Below, piece by piece: positions 26,601-38,626 of a DNA stretch of 64,000 nucleotides (the first letter of the stretch is position 1; the number at the start of each line of letters is the position of its first letter). The position numbers were made by a program, and so were the translations under genes. Origin of the DNA: Squalus acanthias (lineage: Eukaryota); NCBI GenBank assembly GCA_030390025.1, contig CM059432.1, positions 71,426,001 to 71,490,000 on the forward strand, read 5' to 3'. The notes beneath the pieces are model-generated. The model did no database searches. It was not told the origin of the DNA and saw nothing but the letters and a program-made list of their open reading frames with translations.

Positions 26601-29600
26601 GTCAAACCTGATCTCACTTCTCATCACAGTCAAACCTGATCTCACTTCTCATCACAGTCAAACCTGACCTCACTTCTCATCGCAATCAAACCTGATCTCA
26701 CTTCTCATCACAGTCAAACCTGATCTCACTTCTCATCACAGTCAAACCTGACCTCACTTCTCATCACAGTCAAACCTCACCACACTTCTCATCACAATCA
26801 AACCTGACCTCACTTCTCATCACAGTTAAACCTGACCTCACTTCTCATCACAACCAAACCTGATCTCACTTCTCATCACAATCAAACATGACCACACTTC
26901 TCATCACAATCAAACCTGTCCTCACTTCTCATCACAGTTAAACCTGACCTCACTTCTCATCACAATCAAACCTGTCCTCACTTCTCATCACAGTTAAACC
27001 TGACCTCACTTCTCATCACAGTTAAACCTGACCTCACTTCTCATCACAATCAAACCTGACCTCACTTCTCATCACAATCAAACCTGACCTCACTTCTCAT
27101 CACAGTTAAACCTGACCTCAATTCTCATCACAATCAAACCTGACCTCACTTCTCATCACAGTTAAACCTGGCCACACTTCTCATCACAATCAAACCTGAT
27201 CTCACTTCTCATCACAGTCAAACCTCACCACACTTCTCATCACAATCAAAGCTGACCACAGTTCTCATCAGTTAAACCTGACCTCAATTCTCATCACAAT
27301 CAAACCTGACCTCACTTCTCATCACAATCAAACCTGATCTCACTTCTCATCACAATCAAACCTGACCACACTTCTCATCACAGTTAAACCTGACCTCACT
27401 TCTCATCACAGTCATACCTGATCTCACTTCTCATCACAATCAAACCTGACCTCACTTCTCATCACAGTTAAACCTGACCACACTTCTCATCACAATCAAA
27501 CCTGACCACACTTCTCATCACAGTTAAACCTGACCTCACTTCTCATCACAGTCATACCTGATCTCACTTCTCATCACAATCAAACCTGACCTCACTTCTC
27601 ATCACAGTTAAACCTGACCTCACTTCTCATCACAACCAAACCTGATCTCACTTCTCATCACAATCAAACATGACCACACTTCTCATCACAACCAAACCTG
27701 ACCTCACTTCTCATCACAACCAAACCTGATCTCACTTCTCATCACAGTCAAACCTGATGTCACTTCTCATCACAATCAAACCTCACCTCACTTCTCATCA
27801 CAGTTAAACCTGATCTCACTTCTCATCACAGTTAAACCTGATCTCACTTCTCATCACAGTCAAACCTGACCTCACTTCTCATCACAGTTAAACCTGACCT
27901 CACTTCTCATCACAGTCAAAAATGACCTCACTTCTCATCACACTGAAACCTAACCTCACTTCTCATCACAATCAAACCTGACCTCACTTCTCATCACAAT
28001 CAAACCTGACATCGCTTCTCCTCACAATCAAACCTGACCTCACTTCTCATCACAATCAAACCTGACCACACTTCTCATCACAGTTAAACCTGACCTCACT
28101 TCTCATCACAATCAAACCTGTCCTCACTTCTCATCACAGTTAAACCTGATCTCACTTCTCATCACAATCAAACCTCTCCTCACTTCTCATTACAGTTAAA
28201 CCTGACCTCACTTCTCATCACAATCAAACCTGACCTCACTTCTCATCACAATCAAACCTGACCACACTTCTCATCTCAGTTAAACCTGACCACACTTCTC
28301 ATCACAGTTAAACCTGACCTCACTTCTCATCACAGTTAAACCTGTCCTCACTTCTCATCACAGTTAAACCTGACCTCACTTCTCATCACAATCAAACCTG
28401 ACCTCACTTCTCATCACAATCAAACCTGACCTCACTTCTCATCACAGTCAAACCTGACCTCACTTCTCAACGCAATCAAACCTGATCTCACTTCTCATCA
28501 CAATCAAACCTGACCTCACTTCTCATCACAATCAAACCTGATCTCATTTCTCATCACAGTCAAACCTGATCTCACTTCTCATCACAATCAAACCTGATCT
28601 CACTTCTCATCACAGTCAAACCTGACCTCACTTCTCATCACAGTTAAACCTGACCTCACTTCTCATCACAATCAAACCTGATCTCATTTCTCATCACAGT
28701 CAAAGCTGATCTCACTTCTCATCACAATCAAACCTGATCTCACTTCTCATCACAGTCAAACCTGATCTCACTTCTCATCACAGTCAAACCTGACCTCACT
28801 TCTCATCACAGTCAAACCTGACCTCACTTCTCATCGCAATCAAACCTGATCTCACTTCTCATCACAGTCAAACCTGATCTCACTTCTCATCACAGTCAAA
28901 CCTGACCTCACTTCTCATCACAGTCAAACCTGACCTCACTTCTCATCGCAATCAAACCTGATCTCACTTCTCATCACAATCAAACCTGACCTCACTTCTC
29001 ATCACAATCAAACCTGACCTCACTTTTCATCACAGTCAAACCTGACCTCACTTCTCATCACAGTCAAACCTGACCTCAATTCTCATCACAATCAAACCTG
29101 ACCTCACTTCTCATCACAGTTAAACCTGACCACACGTCTCATCACAATCAAACCTGACCACAATTCTCATCACAATCAAACCTGACCTCAATTCTCATCA
29201 CAATCAAACCTGACCTCACTTCTCATCACAGTTAAACCTGACCTCAATTCTCATCACAATCAAACCTGACCTCACTTCTCATCACAGTTAAACCTGACCA
29301 CACTTCTCATCACAATCAAACCTGATCTCACTTCTCATCACAGTCAAACCTCACCACACTTCTCATCACAATCAAACCTGACCACAGTTCTCATCAGTTA
29401 AACCTGACCTCAATTCTCATCACAATCAAACCTGACCTCACTTCTCATCACAATCAAACCTGACCACACTTCTCATCACAATCAAACCTGACCACACTTC
29501 TCATCACAGTTAAACCTGACCTCACTTCTCATCACAATCATACCTGATCTCACTTCTCATCACAATCAAACCTGACCTCACTTCTCATCACAGTTAAACC

Positions 29601-32600
29601 TGATCTCACTTCTCATCACAATCAAACCTGACCTCACTTCTCATCACAATCAAACCTGACCTCACTTTTCATCACAATCAAACCTGACCTCACTTCTCAT
29701 CACAGTTAAACCTGACCTCAATTCTCATCACAATCAAACCTGACCACACTTCTCATCACAGTTAAACCTGACCACACTTCTCATCACGATCAAACCTGAT
29801 CTCACTTCTCATCACAGTCAAACCTCACCACACTTCTCATCACAATCAAACCTGACCACAGTTCTCATCAGTTAAACCTGACCTCAATTCTCATCACAAT
29901 CAAACCTGACCTCACTTCTCATCACAATCAAACCTGACCACACTTCTCATCACAATCAAACCTGACCACACTTCTCATCACAGTTAAACCTGACCTCACT
30001 TCTCAGCACAGTCATACCTGATCTCACTTCTCATCACAATCAAACCTGACCTCACTTCTCATCACAGTTAAACCTGACCTCACTTCTCATCACAACCAAA
30101 CCTGATCTCACTTCTCATCACAATCAAACATGACCACACTTCTCATCACAACCAAACCTGACCTCACTTCTCATCACAACCAAACCTGATCTCACTTCTC
30201 ATCGCAGTCAAACCTGATGTCACTTCTCATCACAATCAAACCTCACCTCACTTCTCATCACAGTTAAACCTGATCTCACTTCTCATCACAGTTAAACCTG
30301 ATCTCACTTCTCATCACAGTCAAACCTGACCTCACTTCTCATCACAGTTAAACCTGACCTCACTTCTCATCACAGTCAAAAATGACCTCACTTCTCATCA
30401 CAGTTAAACCTGACCTCACTTCTCATCACAATCAAACCTGATCTCACTTCTCATCACAGTCAAACCTGATCTCACTTCTCATTACAATCAAACCCGACCT
30501 CACTTCTCATCACAGTCAAACCTGACCTCACTTCTCATCACAGTCAAACCTGACCTCACTTCTCATCACAGTCAAACCTGACCTCACTTCTCATCACAGT
30601 TAAACCTGACCTCACTTCTCATCACAATCAAACCTGATCTCATTTCTCATCACAGTCAAAGCTGATCTCACTTCTCATCACAATCAAACCTGATCTCACT
30701 TCTCATCACAGTCAAACCTGATCTCACTTCTCATCACAGTCAAACCTGACCTCACTTCTCATCACAGTCAAACCTGACCTCACTTCTCATCGCAATCAAA
30801 CCTGATCTCACTTCTCATCACAGTCAAACCTGATCTCACTTCTCATCACAGTCAAACCTGACCTCACTTCTCATCACAGTCAAACCTGACCTCACTTCTC
30901 ATCGCAATCAAACCTGATCTCACTTCTCATCACAATCAAACCTGACCTCACTTCTCATCACAATCAAACCTGACCTCACTTTTCATGACAGTCAAACCTG
31001 ACCTCACTTCTCATCACAGTCAAACCTGACCTCAATTCTCATCACAATCAAACCTGACCTCACTTCTCATCACAGTTAAACCTGACCACACGTCTCATCA
31101 CAATCAAACCTGACCACAATTCTCATCACAATCAAACCTGACCTCAATTCTCATCACAATCAAACCTGACCTCACTTCTCATCACAGTTAAACCTGACCT
31201 CAATTCTCATCACAATCAAACCTGACCTCACTTCTCATCACAGTTAAACCTGACCACACTTCTCATCACAATCAAACCTGATCTCACTTCTCATCACAGA
31301 TAAACCTCACCACACTTCTCATCACAATCAAACCTGACCACAGTTCTCATCAGTTAAACCTGACCTCAATTCTCATCACAATCAAACCTGACCTCACTTC
31401 TCATCACAATCAAACCTGACCACACTTCTCATCACAATCAAACCTGACCACACTTCTCATCACAGTTAAACCTGACCTCACTTCTCATCACAATCATACC
31501 TGATCTCACTTCTCATCACAATCAAACCTGACCTCACTTCTCATCACAGTTAAACCTGATCTCACTTCTCATCACAATCAAACCTGACCTCACTTCTCAT
31601 CACAATCAAACCTGACCTCACTTTTCATCACATTCAAACCTGACCTCACTTCTCATCACAGTTAAACCTGACCTCAATTCTCATCACAATGAAACCTGAC
31701 CACACTTCTCATCACAGTTAAACCTGACCACACTTCTCATCACGATCAAACCTGATCTCACTTCTCATCACAGTCAAACCTCACCACACTTCTCATCACA
31801 ATCAAACCTGACCACAGTTCTCATCAGTTAAACCTGACCTCAATTCTCATCACAATCAAACCTGACCTCACTTCTCATCACAATCAAACCTGACCACACT
31901 TCTCATCACAATCAAACCTGACCACACTTCTCATCACAGTTAAACCTGACCTCACTTCTCAGCACAGTCATACCTGATCTCACTTCTCATCACAATCAAA
32001 CCTGACCTCACTTCTCATCACAGTTAAACCTGACCTCACTTCTCATCACAACCAAACCTGATCTCACTTCTCATCACAATCAAACATGACCACACTTCTC
32101 ATCACAACCAAACCTGACCTCACTTCTCATCACAACCAAACCTGATCTCACTTCTCATCGCAGTCAAACCTGATGTCACTTCTCATCACAATCAAACCTC
32201 ACCTCACTTCTCATCACAGTTAAACCTGATCTCACTTCTCATCACAGTTAAACCTGATCTCACTTCTCATCACAGTCAAACCTGACCTCACTTCTCATCA
32301 CAGTTAAACCTGAACTCACTTCTCATCACAGTCAAAAATGACCTCACTTCTCATCACAGTTAAACCTGACCTCACTTCTCATCACAATCAAACCTGATCT
32401 CACTTCTCATCACAGTCAAACCTGATCTCACTTCTCATTACAATCAAACCCGACCTCACTTCTCATCACAGTCAAACCTGACCTCACTTCTCATCACAGT
32501 CAAACCTGACCTCACTTCTCATCACAGTCAAACCTAACCTCACTTCTCATCACAATCAAACCTCATCTCACTTCTCATCACAATCAAACCTGACCTCACT

Positions 32601-34582
32601 TCTCATCACAATCAAACCTGACCTCACTTCTCATCACAGTCAAACCTGACCTCACTTCTCATCAAGTCAAACCTGATCTCACTTCTCATCACAGTTAAAC
32701 CTGACCTCACTTCTCATCACAATCAAACCTGACCTCACTTCTCATCACAGTTAAACCTCACGTCACTTCTCATCACTATCAAACCTGATCTCATTTCTCA
32801 TCACAGTCAAACCTGATCTCACTTCCCATCACAATCAAATCTGATCTCACTTCTCATCACAGTCAAACCTAACCTCACTTCTCATCACAATCAAACCTCA
32901 TCTCACTTCTCATCACAATCAAACCTGACCTCACTTCTCATCACAATCAAACCTGACCTCACTTCTCATCACAGTTAAACCTGATCTCACTTCTCATCAC
33001 AGTTAAACCTGATCTCACTTCTCATCACAGTCAAACGTGACCTCACTTCTCATCACAGTTAAACCTGACTTCACTTCTCATCACAGTCAAACATGACCTC
33101 ACTTCTCATCACAGTTAAACCTGACCTCGCTTCTCATCACAATCAAACCTGACCTCACTTCTCATCACAGTCAAACCTGATCTCACTTCTCATCACAGTC
33201 AAACCTGACCACACTTCTCATCACAATCAAACCTGATCTCACTTCTCATCACAATCAAACCTGACCTCACTTCTCATCACAATCAAACCTGACCTCACTT
33301 CTCATCACAATCAAACCTGATCTCACTTCTCATCACAATCAAACCTGATCTCACTTCTCATCACAATCAAACCTGACCTCACTTCTCATCACAATCAAAC
33401 CTGACCTCACTTCTCATCACAATCAAACCTGATCTCACTTCTCATCACAATCAAACCTGATCTCACTTCTCATCACAATCAAACCTGATCTCACTTCTCA
33501 TCACAGTCAAACCTGACCTCACTTCTCATCACAATCAAACCTGATCTCACTTCTCATCACAATCAAACCTGATCTCACTTCTCATCACAATCAAACCTGA
33601 TCTCACTTCTCATCACAGTCAAACCTGACCTCACTTCTCATCACAATCAAACCTGACCTCACTTCTCATCACAGTTAAACCTGACCTCACTTCTCATCTC
33701 AATCAAACCTGATCTCACTTCTCATCACAATCAAACCTGACCTCACTTCTCATCACAGTTAAACCTGACCTCACTTCTCATCACAGTTAAACCTGACCTC
33801 ACTTCTCATCACAATTAAACCTGACCTCACTTCTCATCACAGTTAAACCTGACCTCACTTCTCATCACAATCAAACCTGACCTCACTTCTCATCTCAATC
33901 AAACCTGATCTCACTTCTCATCACAATCAAACCTGACCTCACTTCTCATCACAGTTAAACCTGACCTCACTTCTCATCACAATCAAACCTGACCTCACTT
34001 CTCATCTCAATCAAACCTGATCTCACTTCTCATCACAATCAAACCTGACCTCACTTCTCATCACAGTCAAACCTAATCTCACTTCTCATCACAGTCAAAC
34101 CTGCCCACACTTCTCATCACAATCAAACCTGATCTCACTTCTCATCACAATCAAACCTGACCTCACTTCTCATCACAATCAATCCTGACTTCACTTCTCA
34201 TCACAATCAAACCTGATCTGACTTCTCATCACAATCAAACCTGATCTCACTTCTCATCACAATCAAACCTGATCTCAATTCTCATCACAATCAAACCTGA
34301 CCTCACTTCTCATCACAATCAAACCTGATCTCACTTTTCATCACAGTCAAACCTGACCTCACTTCTCATCACAATCACACCTGATCTCACTTCTCATCAC
34401 AATCAAACCTGATCTCACTTCTCATCACAGTCAAACCTGATCTCACTTCTCATCACAATCAAACCTGACCTCACTTCTCATCAAGTCAAACCTGATCTCA
34501 CTTCTCATCAAGTCAAACCTGATCTCACTTCTCATCAAGTCAAACCTGATCTCACTTCTCATCACAGTCAAACCTGATCTCA
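5683..34582. repeat. 28-bp tandem satellite/minisatellite, about 28.9 kb, about 1,030 monomers; consensus AAACCTGAYCTCACTTCTCATCACARTY
   Basis: The period of 28 is read directly (CCTGACCTCA at 5701, 5729, 5757...). Rare 26- and 27-bp variants occur. The ORF track has no ORFs here, I saw no interspersed insertions, and higher-order repeats are present. Confidence 0.98.
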
Positions 34583-35150
34583 GTTATCATTTGATGTGCA
34601 CACATGCAAACTTTCTAGCAGGGTTACTGAAAAGCTAATCAGGAACAAGAACTCTGGATGATTCATCTCCTTCCTAGCATTTAAAATTTTTAAGTAATTT
34701 TTATTTGATAACATTTGGCATGGCATTAATGGTATTGATAAGCTGTAGTACTTTACAGAAGCCCATGGCCAATTGCTTCAAAATAGAAATATCCAAAGCT
34801 CCCCGGTGCAGCTGGAAATTAAGCAGTGTAAAAAACAAAAATCTCTTTGGGGAAATTTAGAAACAAATGTCAACGTTTCACATTAATTGAATAGGGATTT
34901 CACATATGTTTTACTTTCTTATTTTCCCTATCCATGACGATGCAACATCTTTGGTGTCATGGAAATTATAGGCAACATTTTACAAAAACAATATCAATTA
35001 TGTCTTATGCAGTTGCCTTATGAAACTATAGTGCCATATTTATAATAGTAATCTGAGATTGGCATTGACCTGATCTCAGCTAAACATGACCTATGGTTGT
35101 CAGCTTGACATTCCCAAATGCTGCATTTCAATTGGTTATGGCATATGTCA

Positions 35151-35594
35151 GTGTCAGCCGTAGCTCTGTTGGTATCATTTTTGCCGCTGACTCAGAAGGC
35201 TGTGGGTTCAAGTCCTACTCTAGAGACTTGAGCACAAAGTCTAGGCTGACACTCCAGTGCAGTGCTGATGAAGTACTACGCTGCTGGAGGTGCCGTCTTT
35301 CAAATGAGATGTTAAACCGTCTCAGGTGGACGTAAAAGATCCCATGGCACTGTTTAGAAGAAGAGCAGGGGAGTTCTCCCCATGTCCTGGCCCTCAACCA
35401 ACAACACAAATAAAACAGATTATCTGGTCATTATGACATTGCTGTTTGTGGGACCTTGCTGTGTGAAAATTGGCTGCCGTGTTTCCTACATTACAACAGT
35501 CACTATAATTCAAAAGTACTTTATTGGCTGTAAAATGCATTGGATCATCATGAAGTCATGAAAGGTGCTATATAAATGCAAGTCTTTCTTTCTT
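35151..35594 (+). mobile_element. tRNA-headed DeuSINE (SacSINE1/AmnSINE-like)
   Basis: A-box-like TAGCTCTGTTGG at 35161 and B box GGTTCAAGTCC at 35205-35215. A Deu-like core follows (GGAGGTGCCGTCTTTC..AAAGATCCCATGGCAC..GTCCTGGCC), then a 3' tail ..GCTATATAAATGCAAGTCTTTCTTTC. Family name is from recalled consensus. Confidence 0.8.
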
Positions 35595-35937
35595 AAAGTA
35601 AACTTAACTCTGGGTAAGGATCATGACCAGTTTGATCTTGACAGAATGGAAAGCTTTCACAGGTAGTGCAGGCTGGGATTTTGGGTGTGCTGCTGAGTTA
35701 CTAAGCACTGTAATCTGTGGGAAGTAAAACAATGGGTGAAAGGAAGGCTTCATGTGAAGGATGCGTGATGATAATGAAATCCTATGTTTTTTCGGCGCGC
35801 TCCACCCCTTGTACCTCACCCATACAAAATGGGAGCATAATTAATCCAGTGGACTGGCTTGCTGAAGTTAGATTCTTAAAGCTAGTTTACCCTTCCTGAA
35901 GTTAAATCAAAATTTGTATGATTTGGAAGAATATAAT

Positions 35938-36600
35938 GGCCCAGAATTTGCGGTCAGCAGCGAAGCGATATCTGTGGTGAGAAGTTTGCTTTTTTCGACA
36001 TTTAAGTGATTTCAGCACTCTATAGTGGGGATTCCCTAGTGCGATCTGCTGTGACATCAACAAGCTGTCTAAGCAGCCAATCGCATTGCAGAATTCTCAC
36101 ATACAGGGAACCAGGAAATTAAGAAGCTGCTTTTATTCGGACTTTTTAAAATTGTTACAGAGAACAAAACAAAGACTGGGGCTCTCACATGGGAATAAGG
36201 TAGAACCTGAACTATCATGAACAAACGTTTACATTTTTTTTAAAGTTTCTTAAAAATTGTAATTTTTCTCATAATGGAGAAGTTTGACACTCCACAAAAT
36301 TAAATTAGCTTTTCCGGGCCATAACCTTTGTTTAGCAGTCAATATGTTGTTAAAAGCCCAGTTACACCTAATCCAACAAGCCCGAATATTTAATTGGGTA
36401 TTTAACAGCGATATTACTGTGGAAAAGCATAAGATTTTGTCAGTTCCACTGATTTCACTGATTACATTGATTGCCAGCTATGGTGGAGTTTGGGGGGTGG
36501 TGGTGGTGGTGGTGGGGTAGCACAGTGCTGTCAGTGTCGGAGCAGTGAATGACTGACCACAACTTCAGGATTTCTGCATTTAGATTTGCATGCACTAGAT
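35938..36600. mobile_element. Degraded non-autonomous DNA transposon (Harbinger-type MITE)
   Basis: Begins GGCCCAGAATT, like the termini of the MITEs at 53918 and 58551, and has GC-rich ends with an AT-rich core. The right TIR was not identified. Confidence 0.45.
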
Positions 36601-37126
36601 ATTTAGTTGCATTTAGTTCTCTGAATTAGTTTCTTTTGCTGTGGAAGTAGCAGTTTTGCATATTATTCACAACATTTACATACCGTATTGGCAATTGCTG
36701 TTGCAAATAACTTTGAAAGTTACTATTGCGCTTGATGATGTAGATGAGGGAGATAAGTTCATTAGGAAATAGCAAATGCAGCGGCAGTGATACCTGTCAT
36801 CATCCAAGGACCCACATTCAGAGACCCCAACCGCTGTGCCTGGGTATATCAGAATTGACCTACCTCTGCCTCCTCTGCTTCACACCATCTATTCAGTCAT
36901 GTTAACAGCCTAATTTCCAGAACCCATTGTCTAGGCAATGGCATTCCATTACCAATAAATAGGATGGATTAGCTTTTCAATTTTCAATGAGCATGGCTCT
37001 TATTGCACCATAGGCAGACACGGCCTTGAAACTGCCAACATCCAAATTGCTCCTGAAATGTCAATGTACTGGGAAAGATTACTGAAGACAATAAGCAAGT
37101 GTTGAAGGTGAAAAAATATCACCACC

Positions 37127-38626
37127 CTATTTAAGATTCTGCAACACTGCTGTCCCTGTCAACACCACCTGCTCTTGCTCACTTGTGAATTGTGAGACAC
37201 CAGGTGACAACTCTACTCTATCTTGCACACGACCCACCGAGGTGTACGTATCTGCACTGGTGCTGGCTGTGCATGGGTCTGCTGATGCTGCACCCTCAGA
37301 GGCTGAAGGTTCCTCTGAGGAGTCATCTTCCTCGTCCTGCTGGACAGTTGATGGACATGTGGGAGAGTAAAGAGATGAATTAGAAGTGTTATAATAAGAA
37401 TGGGTAACATTACCATTATGCACATGATGACATTTCACTGGCTGCTGAAATCAGTCACCATATGAGTGACTGTTGTATGCCATGTGGCTTTATGAGATGT
37501 GATTCTGTCACCAAGTTGCTGGGATGTCCCCCTCTCTCTGTCTCCATCTTCAACCTCAACTCCACTTTCCGGCCCTATCCGCATATCCCTTGAATCCTCT
37601 GTAGTCCAAAAATCTATCTATCTCAGCCTTCAATATACTCAATGACTGAGCATCCATAGCAATTTGAGGCAGAGGATTCCAAAGATTCACAACCCTCTGC
37701 TGCTGTTAGGTGTGCGAAGACTGGAGGGCCACCTCCCGTTCTTTCCCTCTCTCTGTTCTGGGCTCTTTTCTCCTGCAAGGAGGGAAAGAAGAGAAGTTTG
37801 AGTGAGAGTAATGGAATGAGTGTAAGGAATGTGTGGGTTACATCTGTAGAGGGTGACTATGAGGGAGTGGGGGGCCAATGCCAAATGGCCTCCTTCTGTG
37901 GTGTTACTTGCTATGATTGCATTAGGATGAGGGTGAGTGTGAGGGGTGGTTAGTCAGATGGGGATGTGAGTATGTACATAGTGAGAGAGGGATGGGTGTG
38001 AGTAATGATATGCAGGAGTAGGGTTGGGAAGGCAGAGTGATGGGGATGTGTTGTCAGGCACATCAGGATGAAGGTGAGTGTGGCATTGCACTCACCTTTC
38101 TTGAACTCATGAGATCACTGAAGCATTTCCTGCACTGGATCCAGGCCCTCCTGACCACATCCCTGCTGCTGACCACCTCAGTTATATCCAGCCAGCCTCT
38201 TTTTGTTCCTTGTGGAGGTCTCCTTTGCCTATCAGCAGGGAAGAGGACCTCCCTGCCTGCTCTGACTGCCTCCACCAGAGTATGCAGGAATGAGTCTGAA
38301 AAGCATGGTGCAGCCCTCTGCTTTTGGCTATCCATCCTTGCAAATTTATAAGAATACTGTGGCCTTTGTTTGTCAGGTTCCACCCTCCTCTAGCAAACTT
38401 CAAATGAGTTGAGTGCAAGGCTGCTTTAAATATTGGCGCTGGAAATGAGTCATCGATGACGTCATCACACCCGCACTATTTAATAGGGGCGGGAAATGCG
38501 CATGAGTCTTTCAATTGGGGCCATTACATTAAAGATGCTCTGAGCCACGCACTGCTCAGAACATCGCGTTCTGACCCGCTACGCAGCTCGCATGCATGCA
38601 CCCCGCTGTCCAAAATGATTTCCCCC
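37127..38626 (-). pseudogene. PIF/Harbinger-derived Myb/SANT-like DNA-binding gene remnant with spliceosomal intron
   Basis: Exon RAAPCFSDSFLHTLVEAV...W..I.EVVSS...R.W.QCRK.F.DL ends AAG|GTGAG at 38096. The next exon starts TTGCAG|GAG at 37772 and reads EKRAQNRERERTGGGPP..LT. An acidic Ser/Thr-rich segment lies at 37127-37370, with a TIR-like ATTTCCCCC near 38618-38626. Confidence 0.8.
37545..37698 (-). mobile_element. Short CR1 3' fragment
   Basis: Similar to CR1 sequence at 56120-56272 (CTCAACTCCACTTTCC...CCAAAGATTCACAACC). Confidence 0.75.

Noticed and set aside
5683..34582. CRISPR-like array or repeat-encoded protein
   Set aside because: Monomers are contiguous with no unique spacers, and there are no cas genes. 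The period of 28 is not a multiple of 3 and the ORF track is empty. The context is vertebrate.
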